Assembly: GCA_963814375.1 (NCBI GenBank)
Contig: CAWFCQ010000003.1
Span: 103,393-167,392, forward strand
Origin: an uncultured Chloroflexia bacterium
GTDB taxonomy: Bacteria; Chloroflexota; Limnocylindria; QHBO01
DNA length: 64,000 nt
Direction of reading: 5' to 3'
Shown here: positions 1 to 9,259 of the stretch, piece by piece
Layout: the number at the start of each line of letters is the position of its first letter
Numbering within the stretch: the first letter of the stretch is position 1
Position numbers and translations under genes: made by a program
The notes under the pieces: generated by a model
Told to the model about the DNA's origin: nothing
The model's database searches: none
Seen by the model: the letters and a program-made list of their open reading frames with translations, nothing else

Positions 1-56
1 ATCGACGACGCGCGGATGGACTTCTACGGCCTCTGTGCCGACTGCGCCCGGACGGC

Positions 57-1097
57 CTAGCCCGCCGAGCCTGCCACCTGTGCCGGGCGCAGGGTGCCTG
101 CCCCGTTCGAGGCGGCATCGGCATAGCCGGTCGGATGCGCCTCGCGCCACGCCCATGCGTCGGCGAGCATGTGCTCGAGTGACGAGTGCGTCGGCTGCCA
201 TCCGAGCTCACGCCGCGCCCGCCGCGACGAGGCCACCAGCACCGGGGGATCCCCGACCCGACGCCGCACCGGGCGCGCCGGTATGGCGCGTCCGGTCACG
301 CGCCGCGCCGCTTCCACCACTTCGCGCACGCTGAAGCCCGCCGCCGACCCGAGGTTGTAGACCTCGAGCGATGCATCGGCCTCACCCGTGGCCTCGAGCG
401 CGAGCAGGTGCGCGTTCGCGATGTCGCGAACATGGAGGAAGTCGCGAATGCAGGTCCCGTCCGGCGTCGGGTAGTCCTGGCCGTGGATCTGAACGTGGGT
501 CGCCTCGCCGGCGGCCACTCGAAGCACGAGCGGCATGAGGTGGGTCTCCGGGTCGTGGTCCTCGCCGTTGCGCTCGGTCGCGCCGGCCACGTTGAAGTAG
601 CGCAGGCTGATGGCGCGGAAGTCGTGGGCCGCGCAGAACCAGCGCATCGCCCCCTCGAATGCGAGTTTCGTCTCGCCGTACGGATTGATCGGCTGGGTGC
701 GATCCGCCTCCGCGATCGGGACACGCTTCGGCTCGCCGTAGACCGCGGCCGTCGAGCTGTACACCAGGCGCGTCACGCGTGCCTCACGCATCGCCTCGAG
801 CAGCGCGACCCCACCTGACACGTTGGTGCGGTAATAGAGGCCTGGCTCGAGCATCGACTCGCCGACGAGCGATCGCGCGGCACAGTGCAGCACGGCATCG
901 ACGCCGTTGGAGAGGATGCGCACCAGCCGCTGCTTGTCGCCGATGTCCCCGACGACGAGCCTCGCGCCGTCGGGCACCGCCGCGGCGTGGCCGCTCGAGA
1001 GGTTGTCGTAGACCACCACCCGATGACCGGCGTCGACGAAGCGCTCGACGCTGGTCGAGCCCACGTAGCCGGCGCCACCCACGACGAGGATCTTCAA
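57..1097 (-). CDS. galE: UDP-glucose 4-epimerase (NAD-dependent epimerase/dehydratase)
   Basis: 346-aa ORF. N-terminal Rossmann motif VVGGAGYVGS, catalytic YxxxK context (PYGETK) and full-length GalE-like collinearity. Confidence 0.85.
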   Translation of the reverse strand: MKILVVGGAGYVGSTSVERFVDAGHRVVVYDNLSSGHAAAVPDGARLVVGDIGDKQRLVRILSNGVDAVLHCAARSLVGESMLEPGLYYRTNVSGGVALLEAMREARVTRLVYSSTAAVYGEPKRVPIAEADRTQPINPYGETKLAFEGAMRWFCAAHDFRAISLRYFNVAGATERNGEDHDPETHLMPLVLRVAAGEATHVQIHGQDYPTPDGTCIRDFLHVRDIANAHLLALEATGEADASLEVYNLGSAAGFSVREVVEAARRVTGRAIPARPVRRRVGDPPVLVASSRRARRELGWQPTHSSLEHMLADAWAWREAHPTGYADAASNGAGTLRPAQVAGSAG

Positions 1098-1116
1098 ACC
1101 GACGGCCCTCCGATGC

Positions 1117-1869
1117 CTAGACCGACGCGGCGCCGGCGAGCGCGCCGGGCTCTGCGAGCGATCGCGCCATGGTCGTGGTCAGGAGCGTCGAGATCCGCGT
1201 CGCGCCGGCGGCCACCGCCTCCGCGAGCTGATCCGTGCTGCGGAAGCGGCCGGAGGCCTTGACCCCGATGCGCGGTCCCACGCTGTCGCGCAGCAGCCGC
1301 GTGCCCGCCAGCGTGGCGGCCGCGCTGGCAGCGCCGTCGCCGGTGACGACATAGTCCGCTCCGGCGCGCTCGGCGAGGTTGCAGGCCCGGCGCACGAGGT
1401 CCTCGGCCAGGGAATCGGTGCTGACGATGACACCCGCCGACGCAAGCGCGGAGTGAGCCATATCGATGACAGCGAGCATGTCGTTGTAGACGGTCTCGTC
1501 ATCGCCCGAGGCGAGGGCCCCGCCGTTGACGACGAAGTCGATCTGGGTCGCGCCCTGCTCGAGCGCCTTCGATGCCTCGAATGCCTTGACGCTCAACAGC
1601 TGCGATCCGTGGGGATAACCGACGACCGTCCCGAGCGTCACGCGCGAGCGCCCGAGCTGACGCTTGGCGGCCTTGACCAGCCAGGGGTTCACCGTCAGGG
1701 CCGCGAGTTCATGGTCGGCCGCCATCGTCACCGCCGCTGCCAGATCGGCGAGCGACGCGTTGGGTGTGGTGAGCCGGTGCTCGAGACGAAGGGCCCGACG
1801 CACGCTGGCGGTCATCGGAGCACGATCCCTCCGGTCGTTGTCGGCGGTCGATGATGAGGGTGAAGGCAT
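1117..1869 (-). CDS. DeoC/LacD-family (deoxyribose-phosphate aldolase-like) TIM-barrel protein
   Basis: 250-aa ORF with DeoC-like blocks (VGYPHG, IDFVVN, GADYVVTG, IGVKASGRFRS). The positions of the two catalytic lysines of E. coli DeoC appear substituted, so the function is uncertain. Confidence 0.45.
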   Translation of the reverse strand: MPSPSSSTADNDRRDRAPMTASVRRALRLEHRLTTPNASLADLAAAVTMAADHELAALTVNPWLVKAAKRQLGRSRVTLGTVVGYPHGSQLLSVKAFEASKALEQGATQIDFVVNGGALASGDDETVYNDMLAVIDMAHSALASAGVIVSTDSLAEDLVRRACNLAERAGADYVVTGDGAASAAATLAGTRLLRDSVGPRIGVKASGRFRSTDQLAEAVAAGATRISTLLTTTMARSLAEPGALAGAASV

Positions 1870-1950
1870 GGCCCGGACGGCCGATTGTAGCAGCGTCCTT
1901 TCGGGTACCGACCACCTAGGGTCGAAGATCGGTCCAGGTGGTGCCGGTGG

Positions 1951-3289
1951 TCACCGCTGAGCGGCGGCCTGGCGGGCGATGTCCAGGAGCGCGTTTCGCT
2001 CATTGCGGGTCGGATCCTCCAGCACCGCCTCGACGAGTCGGTCGAGCATCCGCCCGATCTCCGGCCCGGCGGAAATGCCCAGCTCGCGCTGGAGGTCGTG
2101 GCCGTCGACGGCCAGCCGGCTCCGGAGCGGCATGTCGGGTTGTCCCTCCAGCTCGGCGCGGATGCGCGCCTCGAGCCGATCCTGGTTCGCCTCGCCGGCG
2201 GCGCCAGCCCCGGAGGCACGGTTGTCGGCGCGCCGCAGGGCGAAGAGCAGCTCGCGGTCGATCCCCTCGAGGCGGTGGATGAAGCGGCGCACCGCCGCAT
2301 CGGTCCAGGTCTCGTCGTAGGCGTACATGTGCTGCCGAATGACGTCGGGGATGCGCGCGTACGTCCCACCGATGCGCAGCCGCCGGAGAACGGCCGCGGC
2401 GAGATCGGCACCGACCAGCTCGTGGCCGATGAAGTGGCCATCTGCCCGCGTCGTCGCCTTGCCGAGGTCATGGAGGAGGGCGGCCAGTCTTACCGTGCCG
2501 TCGAGCGTCATCGGCGCCGCGTCGACAGCGGCGAGGGTGTGCTCCAGCGCGTCGCCCGACGTCGCCTTGTGCTGGGGGATCCCGCGCAGGGCCGCGAGCT
2601 CGGGGAGCAGCACGGCGAGAAGCCCGAAACGCTCCAGGAGCAAAAAGGCGTGCGACGGCCGCACGTCGAGCCGCAGGATGCGCAGCAGCTCGTCGCGGAC
2701 CCGCTCGGCCGACACCGAGGCGACGGTCGGAGCGAGCTCCCCCAGCGCCGCAGCGGTGGCCGGATCGATCGTCATCTCGAAGCGTCCGGCGAACCGTGCA
2801 GCTCGGACGAGCCGAAGGGCGTCCTCGGCGAAGCGCTCTCGCGCGTCCCCGACGGTGCGAAGCAGGCGCGCTTCGAGGTCGTCGCGGCCGCCGAACGGGT
2901 CGAGGACGACTCCGGCACCCGCGTCCACGTCGCTCGGCAGCCAGGCGATGGCGTTGATGGTGAAGTCGCGTCGAGCCAGGTCGTCCGGTGAGCGAGACCC
3001 CGAAGCGGACCTCGTCCGGGCGGCGCCGATCGCCGTACGCGCCCTCGGCGCGGTACGAGGTGACCTCCACCGGCGGCTCGCCGGCAATCGTCACCGTGCC
3101 GAATCGGTTCTCCCAGGTGGCGGCGGCGAAGAGCCCGGCAACGACCTCAGGCCGAGCCGAGGTCGCCGCGTCCCAGTCCCAGCCCCCCTCGCTGCCCAGA
3201 AGGCGATCTCTCACGCAGCCGCCGACCAGGGCGACCTCGTGCCCGGCGGCGGCGATCGCACGGAGCACCTCGGCCACCCGAGCCGGCAT
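1951..3289 (-). pseudogene. cca: CCA-adding enzyme / tRNA nucleotidyltransferase (Pol-beta NTase + HD domain), split by an apparent frameshift near 2995
   Basis: ORF 2468..3556 (-) encodes the N-terminal NTase part (GGCVRDRLLG ... DEVRFG) starting at about MPARV (3289). ORF 1951..3087 (-) continues in a neighbouring frame with DDLARRDFTINAIAW and the HD domain (LHDLGK). The two frames meet at about 2990-3000. Confidence 0.7.
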
Positions 3290-3342
3290 GGCCGGAAACG
3301 TGAGGTGCGATCCCCCGTCGGATGGTGGCGGACCCGCCACGG

Positions 3343-3882
3343 TCAGCCGACCGGCTGATGCGTGGCGATCGGCTCCAGGAAGAGGAAGGTACGCCAGGCG
3401 TCGTTGCGCTCGTCGGCCAGGTACGTGCCGAACAGGTAGCGGAGATCCGCGCGTGGCGCCCGCGGCTCGCGCAGGAGGTGCATCCGCGCCTCGGCGACCG
3501 TCTTGCCGCCCTTGCGGTGGTTGCAGGGCCGGCATGCGGCCACGAGGTTCTCCCACTCGTGGCGCCCGCCGCGGTGCTTCGGCGTGACATGGTCGAGGGT
3601 CAGGTCGCGGCTCACCTTGCCGCAGTACTGGCAGGTGTGGCGGTCCCGGCTGAAGACCTCACGACGGCTCAGCTTCACGCGCGGCTGCGGTCGCTTGACG
3701 TGGTACTGCAGCCGGATCACCGACGGCGCCGGGATCTCGATCGTCGGCGTGTGAATCACCTGGTGGTTCTTGGCCAGGAGCTCCGCCTTCGCAGCGCCGA
3801 GCAGCCGGAAGGCACGCCTGATGTCGCAGACGTTGAGGGGCTCGTAGTTCTGGTTCAGGACCAGTACCGGGACATTGAGCAT
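3343..3882 (-). CDS. HNH endonuclease family protein
   Basis: HNH motif CQYCGKVSRDLTLDHVTPKHRGGRHEWENLVAACRPCNHRKG. The probable start is MLNVPVLVLNQNYEPL; the longer ORF extending to 4035 is probably over-extended. Confidence 0.7.
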   Translation of the reverse strand: MLNVPVLVLNQNYEPLNVCDIRRAFRLLGAAKAELLAKNHQVIHTPTIEIPAPSVIRLQYHVKRPQPRVKLSRREVFSRDRHTCQYCGKVSRDLTLDHVTPKHRGGRHEWENLVAACRPCNHRKGGKTVAEARMHLLREPRAPRADLRYLFGTYLADERNDAWRTFLFLEPIATHQPVG

Positions 3883-4052
3883 CGTTCGTACGCCTTCCTG
3901 CGCCGGATCATACCAATCAGGCGGCGCGTGCTGGCGCGGGGTGCTTTCTGCTGGACTCCCCTTGTGACACGGGCCTACGATGCGCGCGGCTTCACGTGCC
4001 GAGCAACGGAGGTGCAGAGCGTGACGTCCTCGCACGGGCGCGCCTCGCGACG

Positions 4053-5291
4053 ATGAGCAGCGCGTCCCCGAAGGCCCAGACCCGGGCCTTCCTGTTCGCC
4101 GACCTCAGGGGCTATTCCGCGTACACCGATCGGCATGGGGATGACGCGGCTCGACTCCTCATCCGCCGCTTCCGTGAGCTGGTCCGCGCGGAGATCGACG
4201 CCCATGACGGCGCCGAGATCCGGACCGAGGGCGACTCCTTTTACGTCGTGTTCGACTCGATCAGCGACGCGGTGCTGGCAGGGCTCTCCATCCAGGACGC
4301 CGCCCGGAGCGCCGCCTCCGAGCCGGATAGCGTCCCGCTGCGCATCGGCATCGGCATCCACGCGGGCGAGGTCACGGACGGTGCCGAGGGGATCGTCAGC
4401 TCGGCGGTGAACACCGCCGCGCGGGTCTGCGCGATCGCCGAACCCGGCGAGGTCCTCGTCACCGACACCGTCCGCAGCCTCACACGGACCCTCCTGCCCA
4501 ACGGCTTCACCAGTCGCGGACGGCGACGGCTGAAGGGCATCGCCGAGCCGGTCGCGCTCTTCGCCGTGCGGCCCTCAGCGTCCGAGGATCGCTTGTTGCA
4601 CACGCGTTCGCGGCGACCGCGGTTCGCGGTGGCGGGCGCGTTCGTGGCAGGCGTCGTCGTCATCGTCGGCGTGGCTCTCAGCGTCAGGGGACCGGCGCCG
4701 AGCGGTGGCGCCGAGACCACGCCGTCCGCGAGCACCACTGCGACCGAGCCGGAGGAGACGCACGACCTCGGCCGCTTCAACGACCCTGGGGAGTACCCCA
4801 ACGGATTCGAGACGGCGTTGCTCGACCAGCTGCCGTCCGCCACGATCTCGAGCTGCGAGCGCGCCGATCCGTCGACGTATCCCGTCACCGTCATCGCGGC
4901 CGAAGATGCTGGCGTGTATGCGGCGGGGACGTACACGGCGGTCGTTCGCGCGGGCGTCACGTGCCTGACCGGCGGGAACCGCGCGACGTATCACCAGCTC
5001 GGCAGGCGTGGGGCCGGGTTCGCCCTGGACTCAGCCTTAGAGATCTTCCATAACGGCGTCTTTCGACGCTCCCTGGCGGAGGGCTCGTGCGAGGAGCGCA
5101 CACGGGCGTACGCAGAATGGACCTCCGGCGGCCACACCGGCCACGTCATGTGCTTCATGCGGGATGGTGAGGCGGTCCTGGAGTGGACGTACCTCGACCC
5201 GAACATCTACGCCATTGCGACGCGGCGTGACGGGGATCTGGCCGCGCTGTACGCCTGGTGGGAAGACTCCGGTCGGCGGCTGTCGAGATGA
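4053..5291 (+). CDS. membrane-anchored class III adenylate/guanylate cyclase with C-terminal extracytoplasmic domain
   Basis: CHD cyclase domain (FLFADLRGYS, RTEGDSFYVVF, GIGIHAGEV, NTAARV). It is followed by a hydrophobic helix (FAVAGAFVAGVVVIVGVALSV) and a roughly 200-aa unknown C-terminal domain. Confidence 0.8.
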   Translation: MSSASPKAQTRAFLFADLRGYSAYTDRHGDDAARLLIRRFRELVRAEIDAHDGAEIRTEGDSFYVVFDSISDAVLAGLSIQDAARSAASEPDSVPLRIGIGIHAGEVTDGAEGIVSSAVNTAARVCAIAEPGEVLVTDTVRSLTRTLLPNGFTSRGRRRLKGIAEPVALFAVRPSASEDRLLHTRSRRPRFAVAGAFVAGVVVIVGVALSVRGPAPSGGAETTPSASTTATEPEETHDLGRFNDPGEYPNGFETALLDQLPSATISSCERADPSTYPVTVIAAEDAGVYAAGTYTAVVRAGVTCLTGGNRATYHQLGRRGAGFALDSALEIFHNGVFRRSLAEGSCEERTRAYAEWTSGGHTGHVMCFMRDGEAVLEWTYLDPNIYAIATRRDGDLAALYAWWEDSGRRLSR

Positions 5292-6580
5292 CTGACCAAA
5301 CGCCGAGCCCATCCACGCCGCAGACACGCGGATTCCTCTTCGCGGATCTCCGCGGCTACTCGAAGTTCACCGACCAGCACGGCGACGCCGCGGCGGCCGA
5401 GCTCATCGGCCGCTATCGCGAGCTGGTCCGGACCGAGATCGCCGCCTTCCACGGCGCGGAGATCCGCACCGAGGGCGACAGCTTCTACGTCGTCTTCGGC
5501 GTCGGTCAGCGAGGCGGTCCAGGCCGGGCTGGCGATCCGAGACGCGGCGGCGACGGCATCGGCCGAGCCTGGTGCTTCCGCCGATCGACGTCGGGATCGG
5601 CATCCATGCCGGCGAGTCAACCGACGGCAGCCAGGGAATCGTCAGCTCGGCAGTCAACATCGCGGCTCGCGTCTGCGCGGTGGCGGAGCCGGGCGAGGTC
5701 CTCGTTACGGACACCGTTCGCGGAGCTGACGCGGACCTTCCGGCCGAGTCGGATTCACATCGCGCGGGCGGCGACGGCTGAAGGGCATCGCGGAGCCGAT
5801 GCGGCTGTCTCCGGCGTCGCCGTCGATCGCCCGATGGCCCTGCGCGGCTAGGCGGCGCGGGGCGCGTTCGATCGGCGCGCGGGTCGCGTTCGTTGGCGGC
5901 GATCGTCATCGTCGCTGGCCGCGGCCGTCGTCGTCGCAGGGCGCGACTCGACACGCGCGACCACGGAGCCGTGGCCGACGATCACCCCTGGCCGTCCGTC
6001 ATCGACCTCGGCGTCCAGCAGCTGCGGAGGCGACCCACGACCTCGGGCGATTCACGGACGCCCAAGGCGAGTTCCCGAACGCGGACGGAGACCGCTCTGA
6101 TGGAGAAGCTGGCGAGCGGGCGTGACGTCGAGCTGACGACCGGGTAGATCCGTCGATCGTACCCGGCCGACTCCTATCCGAGCGAAACGGAAGCGACGAG
6201 CTCGCGTCAGGGTGCCGGAGTCGGCGCTCCGCGCGGGCATCAGGCTGCCTCACGCGGCGGCAACACTGCGACCTACCTCGCAGGTGGCCATCGCGGAGCT
6301 GCACCCAGGATCAACACCGCGAAGAGCTCTTCGGCAACCTGCTCTTCCGCCGCTCGATCAAGGAAGGCTGCGTGCACGGACGACGGCCGGGCGTACGAGG
6401 CATGGACCGTCGGAGCTCACGACCGGCCACGTCATGTGCTTCATGCGCGACGGCGAGGCGGTCGTTGAGAGTGGACCTACGTCGACGCAAACATCTACGC
6501 CATCGCCACGCGCCGCGACGGTGATCTCGCCGCGCTGTACGCATGGTGGGAAGACGTCGGGCGGCGGCTGTCGAGGTGAC
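5258..6580 (+). pseudogene. decayed tandem duplicate of the upstream adenylate cyclase gene
   Basis: The copy starts with an intact cyclase N-terminus (MTDQTPSPSTPQTRGFLFADLRGYS...EIRTEGDSFYVVF) and then loses frame. The cyclase core resumes in another frame (ORF 5572..5781, GIGIHAGE...NIAARVCAVAEPGEVLVTDTVR). The C-terminal block GHVMCFMRDGEAV reappears at about 6430, and the 3-prime DNA (ggcggctgtcgagRtgactgaccRa) matches the end of copy 1. Confidence 0.7.
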
Positions 6581-6678
6581 TGACCGAGCGCCGAGCTCGC
6601 CCGTACCACGGGGTGCATCCGTGCTCGAGTGGGACGGCCGATGTGGTCGATGGGCGGTGAGGCCGCCCCAGAGTAGAA

Positions 6679-7581
6679 TTGGCGGCTGATATGACCACGA
6701 TCGAACGATCCACCTGGGCCACCAAGGTCGGGCTGGCCCGCATGCTCGCGGGCGGCGTGATCATGGACGTCGTGACCGCCGACCAGGCGAAGGTCGCCGA
6801 GGAGGCCGGCGCCGTGGCGGTCATGGCGCTCGAGCGCGTGCCTTCGGACATCCGCAAGTTCGGTGGCGTGGCGCGGATGAGCGACCCGCAGCTGATCAGC
6901 GAGATCAAGGCGGCGGTCAGCATCCCGGTCATGGCCAAGTGCCGCATCGGCCATTTCGCCGAGGCCCAGATCCTGGAGAGCCTCGAGGTCGACTACATCG
7001 ACGAGTCGGAGGTCCTCACTCCGGCCGACGAGGAGCACCACATCGACAAGCACCGGTTCAAGGTGCCGTTCGTGTGCGGCTGCCGCGACCTGGGCGAGGC
7101 GCTGCGGCGCATCGGTGAGGGTGCGGCCATGATCCGCACCAAGGGCGAGGCGGGAACGGGCGACATCGTCGAGGCGGTGCGGCATATGCGCGCCGTCCAG
7201 AAGGGGATCCGCGAGCTCAAGGGGATGCGGGAGGACGAGCTGTTCGCCGCCGCCAAGGAGCTCCGGGCGCCGCTGGACGTGGTGAAGCGCACCGCCGAGC
7301 TCGGCGCCCTGCCGGTGCCGAACTTCTCTGCGGGTGGCGTCGCCACTCCGGCAGATGCGAGCCTCATGCGCCAGCTCGGTGCCGAGGCCGTCTTCGTCGG
7401 CAGCGGCATCTTCAAGAGCGAGTACCCCGAGCGATACGCGGCGGCGATCGTCAAGGCCGCGACCCACTACGACAATCCCGAGATCCTGGTCGAGGTCAGC
7501 ACCGGCCTCGGCGAGCCGATGCGCGGACAGTCGTTGGGCGAGATCCCGCCGGAGGAGCGGCTCGCCGTCCGCGGCTGGTAG
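6679..7581 (+). CDS. pdxS: pyridoxal 5-phosphate synthase lyase subunit PdxS
   Basis: 300-aa ORF with full-length PdxS/SNZ signature ([34 protein letters not shown]). Confidence 0.95.
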   Translation: MAADMTTIERSTWATKVGLARMLAGGVIMDVVTADQAKVAEEAGAVAVMALERVPSDIRKFGGVARMSDPQLISEIKAAVSIPVMAKCRIGHFAEAQILESLEVDYIDESEVLTPADEEHHIDKHRFKVPFVCGCRDLGEALRRIGEGAAMIRTKGEAGTGDIVEAVRHMRAVQKGIRELKGMREDELFAAAKELRAPLDVVKRTAELGALPVPNFSAGGVATPADASLMRQLGAEAVFVGSGIFKSEYPERYAAAIVKAATHYDNPEILVEVSTGLGEPMRGQSLGEIPPEERLAVRGW

Positions 7582-7592
7582 CGACGCCACCG

Positions 7593-8201
7593 ATGGAAAC
7601 CGAGCGCCGGCCCCGCATCGGGGTGCTCGCCGTCCAGGGCGCAGTGCGAGAGCACGTCACCGCCATCCAGGACGTCGGCGGAGAGGCGGTCGAAGTACGC
7701 CTCCCTCGCGATCTCGTGGGCCTGGATGCCCTCATCCTGCCCGGCGGCGAGTCCACCACGATGCGGCACCTGATCGACGCCTACAACCTGCGCGAGCCGA
7801 TCGCCGCACTGGCACGCGCCGGGGCGCCGATGCTCGGCACCTGCGCCGGGATGATCCTGCTCGCCGATCGCATCGCCGATGGTGACGGCCCGGTCTTCGG
7901 CCTGCTCGACCTCGAGGTGCGCCGCAACGGCTACGGCCGGCAGCTCGACAGCTTCGAGGCAGACCTCGAGGCTCCCTCGCTCGGCACCGAGCCGCTCCAT
8001 GGCGTCTTCATCCGCGCGCCGATGGTCACCGATGTCGGGCCCGGAGCGGAGGTCCTGGCGCGTGACCCGGACGGTCGGCCGGTGGCAGTGCGCCAGGGGC
8101 GGGTGATCGCGACCGCGTTCCACCCCGAGCTGACGGCCGATCGGCGGGTGCATCGGCTCCTCGTCGAGATGATCGGGGAGGAGGCGAGGCGACCGGCGTG
8201 A
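7593..8201 (+). CDS. pdxT: pyridoxal 5-phosphate synthase glutaminase subunit PdxT
   Basis: Class I glutamine amidotransferase (GVLAVQG, LILPGGESTT, GTCAG, FHPE), immediately downstream of pdxS. Confidence 0.9.
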   Translation: METERRPRIGVLAVQGAVREHVTAIQDVGGEAVEVRLPRDLVGLDALILPGGESTTMRHLIDAYNLREPIAALARAGAPMLGTCAGMILLADRIADGDGPVFGLLDLEVRRNGYGRQLDSFEADLEAPSLGTEPLHGVFIRAPMVTDVGPGAEVLARDPDGRPVAVRQGRVIATAFHPELTADRRVHRLLVEMIGEEARRPA

Positions 8202-9259
8202 TCGAGGCAGAACGGACGATCCGCAGCGCCGGCCTGACCGACCGCCAGGCGCTGGCCGACCTCTCGCGCCGGGTCCACTCGACCTTCGACGCTCATCGCC
8301 GCAGCCTCGGGGTGCCGGCACCCAGCACCGAGTCGCGGCGCATCAGCCTCTCGACCCTGATGCCCTCGTGGCTCCCGCTGCGGGCTCCGTCCGTTCACCT
8401 GGTGGCCGAGGTCGACGGTGAGCTGGTCGGCAGCTGCCGCGCGATCGAGGAGCCGCACCGGGAGGACTGGGTGATCACCGAGCTCGATGCGGTCGACGGT
8501 CCGCTGGCTGCCGAGATCCGATACGACCTTCTCAACGCGCTGGTCGAGGAGGGCCAGCGGCACGACGTCGCCCGCTTCCACGCTGCCTGCGCCGATGTGA
8601 GGGAGAACCTCGAGCTCTTCGGCCAGCTCAGCTTCATGGCCTATGCACAGGAGGAGATCTGGTGGCGCGCTCCCGAGCCGATGCGCGGCCCGCGCTCGTG
8701 GCTGCGGTCGCTGGTCAGCCGTGACGGGCCGAGCTCGACGCGAGCCGAGGCCGGCGCGGACCTGCCGGACCTCCAGCCCGCGGGCGCCCCGGACGCCTGG
8801 CACCTCTTCGACCTGTGGACCCACGCCACGCCCCCGGCGATCGCGCGCATCGAGGGCTACGGCGCCGCCGACTGGAACGCCGTGGGACACGAGGCGATCG
8901 TGCCGCGTTCGTCGCTCAACCCGGTGCTCCACTTCAGCGAGGTTGCCGCGTGGCTGATGCCGTCCGAGCAGCGCGCCGGGGGCTTCGCGCAGCACGGGAC
9001 CTGCCGCGGCGGGCCGCACTACCTGCGCTTCCTGGTGCGCGACGGAGCGGACGGCGCGCGCTTCCTGCGCGCTGTCCTGGCCCGCATCGGCAGTGATGCA
9101 CTGGCTGCAGGCATCCTGTCGCCGGTGCGAACATATGAGTCGGCCGGCATGCGCGCGGCCGAGACATACGGCTTCGAGCCGATCGGCCGCGTGACCCTGC
9201 TCGTGCGCGAGGTGCGCGCGCAGGTCCGGCAGCCGGCGATGGTGGCGGTGACGCGATGA
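8198..9259 (+). CDS. hypothetical protein, possibly a double GNAT-like fold
   Basis: 353-aa ORF overlapping the pdxT stop by 4 nt. It has two acetyltransferase-like segments (VHLVAEVDGELVGSC; GFEPIGRVTLLVRE) and no clear acetyl-CoA motif. Confidence 0.45.
   Translation: MIEAERTIRSAGLTDRQALADLSRRVHSTFDAHRRSLGVPAPSTESRRISLSTLMPSWLPLRAPSVHLVAEVDGELVGSCRAIEEPHREDWVITELDAVDGPLAAEIRYDLLNALVEEGQRHDVARFHAACADVRENLELFGQLSFMAYAQEEIWWRAPEPMRGPRSWLRSLVSRDGPSSTRAEAGADLPDLQPAGAPDAWHLFDLWTHATPPAIARIEGYGAADWNAVGHEAIVPRSSLNPVLHFSEVAAWLMPSEQRAGGFAQHGTCRGGPHYLRFLVRDGADGARFLRAVLARIGSDALAAGILSPVRTYESAGMRAAETYGFEPIGRVTLLVREVRAQVRQPAMVAVTR

Noticed and set aside
1-60. C-terminal fragment of a plus-strand ORF (IDDARMDFYGLCADCARTA) at the window start
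   Set aside because: Too short to assign; it could be the end of a gene or non-coding.
3343-4035. HNH endonuclease as evidence of a mobile element or restriction system
   Set aside because: It is a stand-alone small HNH protein with no adjacent integrase, transposase, methyltransferase or repeat boundaries. Such HNH genes are common chromosomal genes in actinobacteria.
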